From an uncultured Alphaproteobacteria bacterium (GTDB lineage: Bacteria > Pseudomonadota > Alphaproteobacteria > Rhizobiales > Hyphomicrobiaceae), in contig CAVQUQ010000013.1 of the NCBI GenBank assembly GCA_963716835.1, positions 129,490 to 193,489 of the forward strand: a stretch of DNA of 64,000 nucleotides. Reading direction: 5' to 3'. Made by a program: the position numbers and the translations under genes. Below, in pieces: positions 9,922 to 19,864 of this stretch. Each line of letters begins with the position of its first letter. Within the stretch, counting starts at the first letter, position 1. Under the pieces are notes generated by a model. That model had not been told where the DNA came from. It did no database searches and worked only from the letters and a program-made list of their open reading frames with translations.

Positions 9922-11364
9922 TCAACCGCGCGACGTCCACGAGCGGACTGCGGTGATTGCCGAGGCGAACTGCGGCCGCAGCGCTCGGATCCTTTGTGAG
10001 GCATCCGAGGGCTCGACGCGTCGCTCGCTGTTCTGCGGACGCGGCGGGACTGGCCGGCCAAGCCCGATATAGCCGAGTTCCGCGGACCCGAGGGCAGTGA
10101 GGTCGGCCTGGTCGCGAAGAAGCACGGTGCGTCCCAACGCGTCGGTCAGGAACCGGACGAAGCCCGGGTTGCACGTGAGGCCTCCGTCCACTGAGATGGC
10201 CGTCACGGAGTCGCCCGCCAGCACCTCGATCAATTCGGCGGCACGCAAGGCGATCCCCTCGAGCACCGCGCGGCGCAGATCCGCTGCGGTCGTGCTTTGA
10301 CGCAATCCAAGAAAGGCGCCACCGACGCCGCGATCCCAATGAGGCGCGGCAAGTCCCGCCAGCGCCGGAACGAAGACAAGACCGCGCTCCAGCGCCGAGC
10401 GTTCGTCAGCGAGCGCGAAATCCTCGAGCGAGCCGGCGAGGCCGATGGACGAGGCCCATTCGACCGCTGCAGCGGCCGTGTAGTCCCCGCCGTCCAGCGC
10501 GTAGACTGGAGGCTGGTCGCCGAGTTTCCAAGCAACCGTCGGCACCAAGCCGGAAGTATCTCGTACCGGTGCGACTCCGGTGACGGCGAGCGCGAAAGTG
10601 CCCGTGCCAAAGGTGATCTTCAGCTCGCCAGCCTTGCGGCAGCCGTGACCGAACAAGGCCGCTTGTTGATCGACGATGCTGGCCGTGACCGGCCGCCGCT
10701 CCCCATTTCGCTCTATCGTCCCGATTGGCCCGGCTGTCGGCACGATCGATGGCAGGAGCGGCATAGGAACACCGAATAGCGTGCACAGCGTCTCCTCCCA
10801 GGCGCAGGACGAAAGATCCATCAAAGACGTGCGCGAGGCGGTCGTGGGATCCGTGACGTAGGAACCCGTCAAACGTTCCAGGAAAAAGGAATCGGATGTT
10901 CCCAGACCCAAGCTCCCGTCACGGGCCAGCGTGCGGGCCTCCGGCACGCGATTGAGTAGCCAGGCAAGCTTGGAAGCTGAAAAATAGGCGTCGACCGGAA
11001 GGCCGCTCAGCTCCGTCACGCGGGCACGGTCGGCGGCGGACATGTCGTCGAGCATGGCTTGCGTGCGCTGGTCCTGCCAGACGATGGCGCGGTGGAGCGG
11101 CCTGCCGGTCGTCCGGTCCCAGGCCACAACCGTCTCTCCTTGGTTGGCGAGCGACACGCCTGCAAGGGTTGGACAAAGAACCAATGCCTCATCGATCAAG
11201 GCTTCTATATTGCCGAGGATCTCCTCCGCGTCGTGCTCGACGTGACCGTCTGCCGGGTAGAATTGTTGGTGTCGTCGGCTGCCGACGCTCTCGAAACGCC
11301 CGTCGGGATGAAGCAGGAACGCCTTGGTGCTGGTCGTCCCTTGGTCGATGGCAAGCACGGTCAC
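9922..11364 (-). CDS. FGGY-family (glycerol kinase-like) carbohydrate kinase
   Basis: AIDQGTTSTKA, NQGETVVAWD, IVWQDQRT, DQQAALFG and TFGTGTF. Confidence 0.88.
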   Translation of the reverse strand: MTVLAIDQGTTSTKAFLLHPDGRFESVGSRRHQQFYPADGHVEHDAEEILGNIEALIDEALVLCPTLAGVSLANQGETVVAWDRTTGRPLHRAIVWQDQRTQAMLDDMSAADRARVTELSGLPVDAYFSASKLAWLLNRVPEARTLARDGSLGLGTSDSFFLERLTGSYVTDPTTASRTSLMDLSSCAWEETLCTLFGVPMPLLPSIVPTAGPIGTIERNGERRPVTASIVDQQAALFGHGCRKAGELKITFGTGTFALAVTGVAPVRDTSGLVPTVAWKLGDQPPVYALDGGDYTAAAAVEWASSIGLAGSLEDFALADERSALERGLVFVPALAGLAAPHWDRGVGGAFLGLRQSTTAADLRRAVLEGIALRAAELIEVLAGDSVTAISVDGGLTCNPGFVRFLTDALGRTVLLRDQADLTALGSAELGYIGLGRPVPPRPQNSERRVEPSDASQRIRALRPQFASAITAVRSWTSRG

Positions 11365-12332
11365 GGTGCGGCGACTCCGGTCGAAAGCTTATGGCCCAGC
11401 TCCTGGGCAATGCGGCGCCCGGCGGCGCGGCCCTCGAGCGCGCATCGTCCCGACGAGCGTACGCCGAAACGTACGTTCCCGGCTGCGAATAGGGCGGGAT
11501 CGGCTGTGCGCAGCGACGCATCGACTATCGGTCCGCCACTTTCAGGATCGACCCCTGCCGGATGAAGTCTCATCAGCGTCGCTTCGGGTACCCAGCGGCC
11601 GGTGAAGATCACCGCGTCGCAGGCGATCGTCTCCCTGCGGCCGTTGACCTCAACCGTGATGCCCTCGACCACGGCGCGTCCGTCAATGGCGACAATCGTG
11701 ACGCCGGTTCGAACGGGCACTCCGAATGCGAGCCTTGCTACAAGCGGGGCGATAGCGGGTGCGTCGGCGCGGCGACCCTCGCCGATGAGCGCGACGGGTT
11801 TCACCCCGCCATGACGAAGGGTCAGGATCGCGGAGAACGAGACGAGCTCGGTGCCGACGACGACGGGGCGTCGGCAGGGGAGCCGCCCGTGCAGATAGAC
11901 GAAACGCTGCAAGGCACCCGCAGTCAGGACGCCGAAAGGTCGCTCGCCGGAGACCAGCCGCGCAGCGCGGGGCATTTCCCGGATGCCGGTTGCGAGCAGG
12001 ACTCGGTCAGCCTCGATGATGCGCATGCCCGCCGGCGTGCTGACGGTGAGGCGGCCTCCCGGCTCGATGGCGACCACCGCGTGCCCCGGTCTTACGTCGA
12101 GGTCACGGGCGCTTGCGTGCAGTGCTGAGGCGTAGCGCGGCCCGGTCCAAATGCGCGCGAAATCGAGCATGCCGAAACCAAGATGACCGCAGTGGCGGAC
12201 CGTTCCACCGATCTCGCTCTCACGTTCCAGCACCACAACATGCTTCACGCCAAGGCGAGCCGCCTCTCGCGCCGCCGAAATGCCTGCGGGGCCCGCGCCT
12301 ATGATCGCTAGGGCGACACGCTCAGGCCGCAT
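11361..12332 (-). CDS. FAD/NAD(P)-binding oxidoreductase (pyridine nucleotide-disulfide family)
   Basis: IIGAGPAG Rossmann motif, HCGHLGFG, LLATGIRE, LFAAGN; translationally coupled to its neighbours. Confidence 0.85.
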   Translation of the reverse strand: MRPERVALAIIGAGPAGISAAREAARLGVKHVVVLERESEIGGTVRHCGHLGFGMLDFARIWTGPRYASALHASARDLDVRPGHAVVAIEPGGRLTVSTPAGMRIIEADRVLLATGIREMPRAARLVSGERPFGVLTAGALQRFVYLHGRLPCRRPVVVGTELVSFSAILTLRHGGVKPVALIGEGRRADAPAIAPLVARLAFGVPVRTGVTIVAIDGRAVVEGITVEVNGRRETIACDAVIFTGRWVPEATLMRLHPAGVDPESGGPIVDASLRTADPALFAAGNVRFGVRSSGRCALEGRAAGRRIAQELGHKLSTGVAAP

Positions 12333-13743
12333 GGGTGAGTTTCGCGACTGGGGGCGGGGCGATGAGCCGATCCTCCGCGATGGCGCAGATCTTTGCCAGA
12401 CAGTTGAAGCCCTGGCATCGCCCCATCAGCGCCCGGGTGCGCCGCTTCAACCCGTCGAGATCGCCCGCGGGCAGGAGCCCGCCGAGGGCGGCCTCGATCT
12501 CGTCGCGCGTGACGTTTTCGCAAAAGCACACGATTTCGCCGCGCCCGGGGCGCTGGTGATCACGGGCCAAATGCTCGGCGAGGTTGGGGACGCGCGGCCA
12601 AAGGGGCGCGGCGAGCGGCGCGGCGCCCCGGAAATGCTCCTGCACCAGTCCCAATACGTGGTCACCAATTCCAAGCGACGCCGTCAATCCTGTCGATCGA
12701 ATGCCGGCGACCGTAATCCAGCCGTCGGCCGGCGAAGCGTCGATGATGTAGTCGCTGTGCTCGCTCGCCGGACGCAAACCGGCATAAATTGCCGTGACCG
12801 GCTCGGAAGCGAGGGCAGGCACCATCCGGGCACCCTCGACGAGGAGGCGCTGCAGGGTCGGTCCATCGACGGCGGCGTGCTCCCGGTCGTCCTGATCCTC
12901 CGCCGTCGGGCCTACCAGCACGTTGCCGAAGACGGTCGGGCAAAGCACGATGCCTTTCGTTCGCTCCGTCGGGACCGGCAGCACGATGGTCGGCATGAAG
13001 CGTTGGGCGGTCTTGTCGAGGACCACGAACTGGCCTTTGCGCGGACGGATGGTAAACCCGCCGCGGCCCGCAAGTGCCTCCACCCGGTCGCCGAAATTGC
13101 CCGCGCACGCGATGACAACGTCGGCGTCGACATGCCCCCGCGGCGTGGCCAGTCGCCAGCCCCCCTCAATACGCTCGCAGCGCTGTACCTCGGCACAGCG
13201 CCAGATGGTTGCGCCGTTTGCCAGGGCCTGGATTGCGTAAGCGAGCGGCGCCGACCAAGGGTCGATGACGTGCTCGCCCGGCACGACAAGGCCGGCGACT
13301 GCGGCATCGGACAAATGGGGATGAAGGCGTTTTAGCTCGTCCCGCGGTGCAGGGCGCACGCCGGTTACGCCATTTCTCTGCGCTTTCTCGACGATTTCGG
13401 GCAATACCGCGGCTTCCGCCTCGGACCAGGCAACGAGAACGGCGTCGGTCTCAAGAATGGGAAGGCCCAGCCGCTCGCGGATTTCCAGGTAGATCCGACG
13501 GCCGGACTGCATGAGGCGTTGCTCCAAGCTGCCCGGCTTGGCGTCGAACGCGGTGTGCAGGATGGCCGAATTCCCCTTGCTGGCGCCGGCGAGGAGATCG
13601 GCGCTCCTTTCCAGAAGAATGGCCCGATGGCCCGCCAGCGTGAGCGCCCGCAGCACGGCACAGCCAACGACGCCGCCGCCGATAACGGCGGCATCATATC
13701 GCCCATGCCTGTCCGGGCCGACTACGCCGCCAATCTGCCCCAT
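12322..13743 (-). CDS. FAD-dependent oxidoreductase (GlpA/LhgO-like) with C-terminal BFD-like [2Fe-2S] domain
   Basis: VIGGGVVG, GASKGNSAILH, CFCE...KRRTRALMGRCQGFNC. Confidence 0.87.
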   Translation of the reverse strand: MGQIGGVVGPDRHGRYDAAVIGGGVVGCAVLRALTLAGHRAILLERSADLLAGASKGNSAILHTAFDAKPGSLEQRLMQSGRRIYLEIRERLGLPILETDAVLVAWSEAEAAVLPEIVEKAQRNGVTGVRPAPRDELKRLHPHLSDAAVAGLVVPGEHVIDPWSAPLAYAIQALANGATIWRCAEVQRCERIEGGWRLATPRGHVDADVVIACAGNFGDRVEALAGRGGFTIRPRKGQFVVLDKTAQRFMPTIVLPVPTERTKGIVLCPTVFGNVLVGPTAEDQDDREHAAVDGPTLQRLLVEGARMVPALASEPVTAIYAGLRPASEHSDYIIDASPADGWITVAGIRSTGLTASLGIGDHVLGLVQEHFRGAAPLAAPLWPRVPNLAEHLARDHQRPGRGEIVCFCENVTRDEIEAALGGLLPAGDLDGLKRRTRALMGRCQGFNCLAKICAIAEDRLIAPPPVAKLTHAA

Positions 13744-13947
13744 ACTCCCTGGCTCATCGAAAACGACTTCTCGCCGCCGAAATTATTGATGCGATCGAGC
13801 AAGTATGCAACTGAATGAAGCCAGAGGGTTCTCGCGGTGAATTCAAGGTGCAATGCGCTTCGGCCCCGGGGGGCCCGAGCGGATTGCCAGGGGTGCTAGT
13901 GGTACCAAGTCCTAGGGTCAGGACTGTACCTTTGGGGAGGGATTACA

Positions 13948-15705
13948 ATGGCTGCTGAACATGACTACTCGGCCGAGCAAAAGAAGGCCGACGTCAAAAT
14001 CCTGCACGAAATGGGATACGCGCAGGAACTCACGCGCCGAATGGGCGCCTTCCAAAACTTCGCCATTTCCTTTGCGATCATCTGCATCGTTGCCGGCGGC
14101 ATAACGGCCTTTCCGGCGGCCCTGAGCGCGGGTGGTGGCGCGGCGATCGGCTATATCTGGCCTCTCGGCAGCGCCTTTGCCCTGCTGGTTGCGGCGGCTA
14201 TGGGCCAGGTCGCCTCCGCCTATCCGACGGCCGGCGGCATCTATCATTGGTCGTCCTTGCTCGGCGGGCGCGGCTACGGCTGGGCCGGGGCCTGGTTCAA
14301 CCTGCTGGGGCTGATCTTCGTCGTCGCCTCGGTCAACTTCGGCCTCTACAACCTATTTCGCGACCTGTTTCTCGCGCAGGTGCTCGGCTGGGATGTTGCT
14401 CCCTGGACCTCGAGCGGCGACTTCTCGGAAGGCTGGTGGCGGCAGACCGAATTCATCATTGGCGTGACGGTCGTTCAGGCGATCATCAATCATTACTTCT
14501 TGCGCCTCACGACCGTTCTTACCGACTTCAGCGGCTACCTCATCCTTGGGACCGCGGTGCTGTTGACCCTCGGGCTGCTCGTGTTCGTCGGGCACTCGTT
14601 CGACTTCAACCGCCTGTTCACGTTCACGAACTTCACGGGTGAAGCTGGCGGCAACGTCTGGCCCACATCGACCATGCCCTGGTTCTTCATCCTGGGTCTC
14701 GGTCTCCTGCACGTCGTCTACACGATTACGGGCTTCGATGCCTCGGCGCATACCTCGGAGGAGACCCGGAACGCGCCGGTTGAAGTGCCGAAAGGCATGA
14801 TTCGCTCCGTGTTCTGGTCGTTCCTGGTCGGCTATGTGATGGTCTGCGCGTTCGTGCTCGCGCTGCCGGACCAGAAGGATGCCTCGGGGAACGTGGTCGA
14901 CGGCGTGACGGCCGCTGCGGGTCAGGGCTGGGCGTCGTTCAATTGGCTCATGGCCAACTCGCCGATGCCGCAGATCCTGAAGTCGATCCTGATCGTCGGC
15001 ATCGTGGTCTCGAACTTCCTGTGCGCGCTGGCCGGCCTCACGTCGACGTCGCGCATGATGTATGCCTTCGCGCGCGACGGCGGTCTGCCGGCCTCGGGCC
15101 TCCTGCGCTCGGTGAGCCCCACCTTCCGCACGCCGGGTGCAGCGATCTGGGCCGCCAGCGTCCTCGCCGTCCTGGCGACGCTCTATGGTGATGCCTTCAT
15201 CGTCCTGTCGACAGGGTGCGCGGTGTTCCTTTACATCTCCTACCTGATGCCCGTCGCGGCGGCGATGGTCTCGGAGATGGGCGGAAAGTGGAAGCAGAAG
15301 GGACCGTTCAACCTCGGCGCCGCCTCGGTCCCCGTGGCACTCCTTGCGATCATCGGCTGCGCCATCCTGATTACGGTGGGCGTCGTGCCGCCGCAGCAGA
15401 AGGTCGGCTACCTCATCGTGATCGGTCTTCTGGCCATGGCCACCTTGTGGGCCTCGATGGAATCGAACCGGGTGCTCAGCCTAATCTTCGCCGTGCTTAC
15501 GGCTGGCGTCGTGTGGCTGATCTGGGGCGTCGTGGAGGGCAGCGACAATTCCAACATCTACGCGATCGCCGTGCTCGTCGTGATGCTCATCCTGTCGTTC
15601 GTGCTGCACGGCAAGCGCTTTGCCGGACCGCCGATCGGCGATGAGATCAAGCGGCGCGCGGCCGAGATCGCGGCCGAAGAGGCCAGGGTCGGCGAGAAGG
15701 TGTAG
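13948..15705 (+). CDS. APC-superfamily amino acid/polyamine permease
   Basis: MGYAQELTRRMGAFQNFAISF, SAYPTAGGIYHW, GFDASAHTSEET and SRMMYAFARDG; RBS GGAGG upstream. Confidence 0.9.
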   Translation: MAAEHDYSAEQKKADVKILHEMGYAQELTRRMGAFQNFAISFAIICIVAGGITAFPAALSAGGGAAIGYIWPLGSAFALLVAAAMGQVASAYPTAGGIYHWSSLLGGRGYGWAGAWFNLLGLIFVVASVNFGLYNLFRDLFLAQVLGWDVAPWTSSGDFSEGWWRQTEFIIGVTVVQAIINHYFLRLTTVLTDFSGYLILGTAVLLTLGLLVFVGHSFDFNRLFTFTNFTGEAGGNVWPTSTMPWFFILGLGLLHVVYTITGFDASAHTSEETRNAPVEVPKGMIRSVFWSFLVGYVMVCAFVLALPDQKDASGNVVDGVTAAAGQGWASFNWLMANSPMPQILKSILIVGIVVSNFLCALAGLTSTSRMMYAFARDGGLPASGLLRSVSPTFRTPGAAIWAASVLAVLATLYGDAFIVLSTGCAVFLYISYLMPVAAAMVSEMGGKWKQKGPFNLGAASVPVALLAIIGCAILITVGVVPPQQKVGYLIVIGLLAMATLWASMESNRVLSLIFAVLTAGVVWLIWGVVEGSDNSNIYAIAVLVVMLILSFVLHGKRFAGPPIGDEIKRRAAEIAAEEARVGEKV

Positions 15706-15715
15706 CGGCGCTGCG

Positions 15716-15791
15716 GCGGTTGCACCTGCTCGGGTGCAACCGCGCTCAGGCATTTACCAAATACCGGTCGCGGCGCGACACGCCGCGACCG
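15716..15791. terminator. Two perfect 11-bp GC-rich hairpins between convergent genes
   Basis: GCGGTTGCACC/GGTGCAACCGC (15716-15743) and CGGTCGCGGCG/CGCCGCGACCG (15765-15791); no clear U-tract. Confidence 0.4.
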
Positions 15792-15918
15792 AGTGCGGTT
15801 GTTGGCCCGCGGGCTGATCCACGCGGCTCAGCACGTAGATGTCGAGCAAATCCTGGGCAGTGGCGCCGGGCGGGTCGGCAACCAATCGATGTCTCGGCAT
15901 AGGTCCGCTTTTGACTTA

Positions 15919-16341
15919 TCAGCGAATGCATTCGAAGAGGTGGGTCTCCTCGTCGAGACGATCAATCTCCATACCCTTGAAGTCGCCGCGCGAGACGACG
16001 CCCCAAATTCTCCCGTTCTCGAGAACCGGAATATGACGGAAGCCGCCTTCGCACATCGCCCGCAGCGCGTCGATGGCGCGGTGCTCGGGCGTGATGGTGA
16101 CGGGATTGGGTGTCATCGACTGCGCCAGAGTGGTTGCCGCCGCATCTTTGCACTCGGTGAGGGTGCGCACGGCATCGCGGCCGGTGAAGATGCCGACTAG
16201 ACGCTGCTGGTCGTCGATTACGAGCACGGAGCCGGCGTGGCGCTCCCACATGCACCTGCAGGCTTTCTGCACCGTCTCATGCGCACCCAGCATGAGCGGT
16301 TTCTGGTCTTTGACAATGAATGCCAGCTTGCGGTTGGTCAC
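15919..16341 (-). CDS. Stand-alone CBS-pair protein
   Basis: GSVLVID...LVGIFTGRD, MTPNPVTI, GFRHIPV...GVVSRGD. Confidence 0.88.
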   Translation of the reverse strand: MTNRKLAFIVKDQKPLMLGAHETVQKACRCMWERHAGSVLVIDDQQRLVGIFTGRDAVRTLTECKDAAATTLAQSMTPNPVTITPEHRAIDALRAMCEGGFRHIPVLENGRIWGVVSRGDFKGMEIDRLDEETHLFECIR

Positions 16342-16424
16342 GCTGCAAATACTCGTGTCTTCGAGAATGAGAGCCAGCAATGCTCTCCGGAGAATTATAC
16401 TGCGGCTGAATGGCTCAATAGCCT

Positions 16425-16438
16425 TTGCTCTAGGTCAA
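16425..16438. promoter_or_regulatory. FNR/FixK-type box upstream of the CBS gene
   Basis: TTGCTCTAGGTCAA matches TTG(A/C)-N6-(T/G)CAA, about 85 bp upstream of the start. Confidence 0.55.
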
Positions 16439-16574
16439 CTCATCCCGGGGGCAATGAAGCCCCCATCGCCCTAGCCAGCACTGTAAGGGCCTGCCATGCA
16501 GTGGGTGAGCTTTCGCGGCTGACTATTCACTTTTCGACATTGGGCGGCGTACGCGTGGCCTCGCGATCCATGCG

Positions 16575-17117
16575 TCAGCTCGCCCCCGATTGCGGATCGA
16601 GAGCAAGCGTCACGTGGACGACGTTGCCGTCGGACCGTTCCCTCGTCGGCAAACCGCTGCGGCGGAAAACTGCGAGCATCGCCTGGTTTTGTGCGAGCAC
16701 GTCGGCTTCGAACCGCCGCACGCCCTGGCTCCGCCCGATCTGGGCGAGGTGTTTCAGGATTAGGCGTGCAATCCCCTGACCGCGGAAATTTTCGTCGGTC
16801 ACAAAGGCCAATTCTGCGCTCCCGGCTGAGAAATCGGCGTAATAGCGCCCGCCGCCGATCAGCTTCTCTTCACCTTCCTCGCGGATCGCAACCACGAGCG
16901 CCGCGACGCGATCGAAATCGACGTCGGTGATTTGCCGGAGCTCTGCATCGGTGAGGCCCTTCTTATAGGTGAAGAAGCGCGTGTAGACGGACTGCGGATC
17001 CAGGCTCTTGAAGGCCGCAAGCACGCCGGCCGCGTCGCCATGACGGATAGCTCGAACGACGACGGGAGTGCCGTCCTTGAGGCTGTCGGCCTCTTCGTAA
17101 TTTCTGGGGTCGGTCAC
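16575..17117 (-). CDS. GNAT N-acetyltransferase (Pat-type protein acetyltransferase GNAT domain)
   Basis: LKDGTPVVVRAI, SVYTRFF, AELAFVTDENFRGQGIA and NQAMLAVF. Confidence 0.88.
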   Translation of the reverse strand: MTDPRNYEEADSLKDGTPVVVRAIRHGDAAGVLAAFKSLDPQSVYTRFFTYKKGLTDAELRQITDVDFDRVAALVVAIREEGEEKLIGGGRYYADFSAGSAELAFVTDENFRGQGIARLILKHLAQIGRSQGVRRFEADVLAQNQAMLAVFRRSGLPTRERSDGNVVHVTLALDPQSGAS

Positions 17118-17197
17118 GGGACGGGCTCCCGTCGAGGGTCAATATTTACTACCGCCGATGCTTTCATTATCGCTGGCGCGCCGCCTCATTCAGAAGA

Positions 17198-17211
17198 TTG
17201 ATCTTACGCAA
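17198..17211. promoter_or_regulatory. FNR/FixK-type box between divergent GNAT and scpB
   Basis: TTGATCTTACGCAA, roughly equidistant (80-90 bp) from both start codons. Confidence 0.6.
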
Positions 17212-17301
17212 TTCTGCGATAGCTGCTTTCGCAGAACTTAATAGGCCGCGGGAGCACAGGATATCTAATATGTTCCGGCTATCAAAATAGGGGGGCCGAG
17301 A

Positions 17302-18081
17302 ATGTCTCTCATCGAGAGCACGTCCGACGGTGCCGTCGGCACCATCATCCTCGACCACCCCGAAAGGCGCAACGCGCTTTCGAAAGAGCTCATCGACGCG
17401 ACCGTCGAGGCCCTTGCGCGCTTTTCTGACGAGCGCGCACGTGCCGTCGTGCTGCGCGCGCGACCAGGCGTGAAGGTATGGTCGGCCGGCCATGACGTCG
17501 GCGAGCTTCCCGAGGGCGGCCGCGATCCGCTGGGCTGGGATGACCCCTTGCGCTATCTCGTTCGCGCAATCGAGGAGCTCCCGGCCCCCGTCATCGCCAT
17601 GATCGAGGGCGGAGTCTGGGGCGGCGCGTGCGAGGTGGCGTTCGCCTGCGACCTCATCATCGCTGCACCGGCGGCCACCTTCGCCGTGACGCCCGCCAGG
17701 CTCGGCGTGCCCTACAATGTCTCGGGCATGCTCACGTTTCTGAACGCGTGCTCGCTCCGCATCGTGAAGGAGATGGCATTTACGGCAAAGCCCATCACGG
17801 CCGAGCGCGCTGAGCGCCTCGGTATCGTTAACCACACGGTCGCGGCCGACAAGCTCGAGGCGTTCACCTATGCTCTCGCTCGCGACATCGCCGAGAACGC
17901 ACCGCTGTCGATTTCCGTCATGAAGGAGCAGCTGCGCATGCTGGCCGGAGCCCATCCCATGAGCCCGCGTCGCTTCGAGCGGGTCCAGGGCCTGAGGCGC
18001 ATCGTCTACGATAGCGATGACTACGTGGAAGGCATCCGCGCTTTTCGCGAGAAGCGCAGGCCGAAGTTCTCCGGGCAATAA
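17302..18081 (+). CDS. scpB: Methylmalonyl-CoA decarboxylase (crotonase fold)
   Basis: WSAGHDVGELPEGGRDPLGWDDPLR, VWGGA, LGVPYN and FERVQGLRRIVYDSDDY closely follow E. coli ScpB/YgfG as recalled. Confidence 0.85.
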   Translation: MSLIESTSDGAVGTIILDHPERRNALSKELIDATVEALARFSDERARAVVLRARPGVKVWSAGHDVGELPEGGRDPLGWDDPLRYLVRAIEELPAPVIAMIEGGVWGGACEVAFACDLIIAAPAATFAVTPARLGVPYNVSGMLTFLNACSLRIVKEMAFTAKPITAERAERLGIVNHTVAADKLEAFTYALARDIAENAPLSISVMKEQLRMLAGAHPMSPRRFERVQGLRRIVYDSDDYVEGIRAFREKRRPKFSGQ

Positions 18082-18116
18082 TCCAGAAGCACGCCCCCAA
18101 TAGGAGGAAACGCAAT

Positions 18117-18969
18117 ATGGGAGACCAAAAGGCACTCAAGCGCCGCAAATCTGATGACACGCCTGAGGATGCGGCCGAAGGCAAGCCGGTCGAAGGCGGG
18201 AAGGTCAAGCGCAAGGACTACGAGGCAGAGCTCAAACGGCTGCACGTCGAGCTGGTCAAGCTCCAGGAATGGGTGCGCCACGAAGGCCGGAAAGTCTGCA
18301 TCCTCTTCGAGGGGCGCGACGGAGCCGGAAAGGGCGGCACCATCAAGGCCATCACCGCCCGGGTCAGTCCGCGCATCTTTCGCGTTGTGGCCCTGCCAAC
18401 GCCGACGGAGCGCGAGAAGTCGCAGATGTACATCCAGCGTTACATCCCGCACCTGCCCGCGGGCGGAGAGGTCGTGATCTTCGATCGCAGCTGGTACAAT
18501 CGTGCAGGCGTCGAAAGGGTGATGGGCTTCTGCTCGGAGGACCAGGCAAAGCGCTTCCTCGACGTTGTTCCCAGTGTCGAGAAGGCAATCATCGAGTTCA
18601 GGCGTTATCTTGCTCAAGTATTGGCTCGAGGTGACCCCGGACGAGCAGACCAAGCGGCTCGAGGCGCGCATCGACGACGGGCGCAAGATCTGGAAGCTTT
18701 CACCAATGGATGTGAAGTCGTATACGCGCTGGGACGACTACACGAAGGCGCGCGATGCGATGTTCCAGGCGACGGATACCGCATGGGCACCCTGGTATGT
18801 CGCGCGATCCGACGACAAGAAGCGCGCCCGCCTCAATATCATCAAGCATATCCTGAGCAAGATCCCTTATAAGGACGTGCCGCACGAGAAGGTGAAGCTG
18901 CCGAAGCGCCATGTGAAAGCGGCGAAGGTCGACGAAAGCGCTTTCAAGTTCATACCTGAGCCGCACTAG
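18117..18969 (+). CDS. ppk2: Polyphosphate kinase 2, frameshifted near 18597
   Basis: FEGRDGAGKGG and FDRSWYNRAGVERVMGF; continues in another frame with GVILLKYWL...WKLSPMD...DDKKRARLN. Confidence 0.92.
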
Positions 18970-18992
18970 GTCTCGACGGAGAGATCCCTCCG

Positions 18993-19823
18993 TCACTGCG
19001 CCGTCCATCCCCCTTCGATGGGAAGCGCCGCACCCGTGATCGAGGCGGCAGCATCGGTGCACAGGAACACGGCCAGCGCACCGATCTGCTCGGTGGTGAC
19101 GAACTGGCGTGTGGGCTGGGCGTGGAGCAGCACGTCGCGAATGACCTCCTCCTCCGTGATCCCGCGCGCTTTCGCCGTTTCGGGAATTTGCTTCTCGACC
19201 AACGGCGTCAGGACGTATCCGGGGCAGATCGCGTTGACGGTGATGCCGTACTCGGCCGTCTCGAGTGCAACCGTCTTGGTGAGGCCCAGCACGCCGTGCT
19301 TGGAAGCAACGTACGCCGATTTGAAGGGAGACGCGACGAGGGCATGCGCCGAGGCGACATTGATGATGCGGCCCCACTTGCGCGATTTCATCTCGGGGAC
19401 GACCGCGCGGATGGCGTGAAAGGCCGCCGAGAGATTGATGGCGATGATGGCGTCCCATTTGGCCGCGGGAAATGTCTCGACGGGCTCGACATGCTGGATG
19501 CCCGCATTGTTGACGAGAACATCCACCTTGCCGAAGGCACGCCGAGCCGCGTCAACCATACCCGCGATATCGGCCGACTTCGACATGTCTGCGTTCGAGT
19601 AGGCAGTCTTTACTCCGAACGCCTTCTCGATTGTCCCCCGCGTGCGCTTGATCTCGGCGGCCTCGCCGAAGCCGTTGAGCATCACGTCCATGCCCTGGCC
19701 GGCAAAAGCTCGCGCGATTCCCAGCCCTATGCCGCTGGTCGATCCGGTCACGATGGCGGCCTTGCCTTTGAGCTGCGGCCGCACCATCGCGTCTTGGTCG
19801 GCTAACGAGAGCGCCTGTTGCAT
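18993..19823 (-). CDS. bdhA: D-3-hydroxybutyrate dehydrogenase
   Basis: TGSTSGIG, NNAGIQHV, SAHALVASPFKSAYVASKHG and ICPGYVLTPLVEKQI; AGGAG RBS. Confidence 0.9.
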   Translation of the reverse strand: MQQALSLADQDAMVRPQLKGKAAIVTGSTSGIGLGIARAFAGQGMDVMLNGFGEAAEIKRTRGTIEKAFGVKTAYSNADMSKSADIAGMVDAARRAFGKVDVLVNNAGIQHVEPVETFPAAKWDAIIAINLSAAFHAIRAVVPEMKSRKWGRIINVASAHALVASPFKSAYVASKHGVLGLTKTVALETAEYGITVNAICPGYVLTPLVEKQIPETAKARGITEEEVIRDVLLHAQPTRQFVTTEQIGALAVFLCTDAAASITGAALPIEGGWTAQ

Positions 19824-19864
19824 GGCTCCTCTCCTCATGTGACCGGTATCGGTTGTTACCCGTA

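Noticed and set aside
13896-13945. Possible LuxR-type tandem sites upstream of the APC permease
   Set aside because: The palindromes are too degenerate and overlap the RBS; not distinguishable from chance.
18580-18610. Possible programmed frameshift in ppk2 (and other split genes)
   Set aside because: No slippery heptamer or stimulatory structure; single-base indels are pervasive across the window, consistent with sequencing error.
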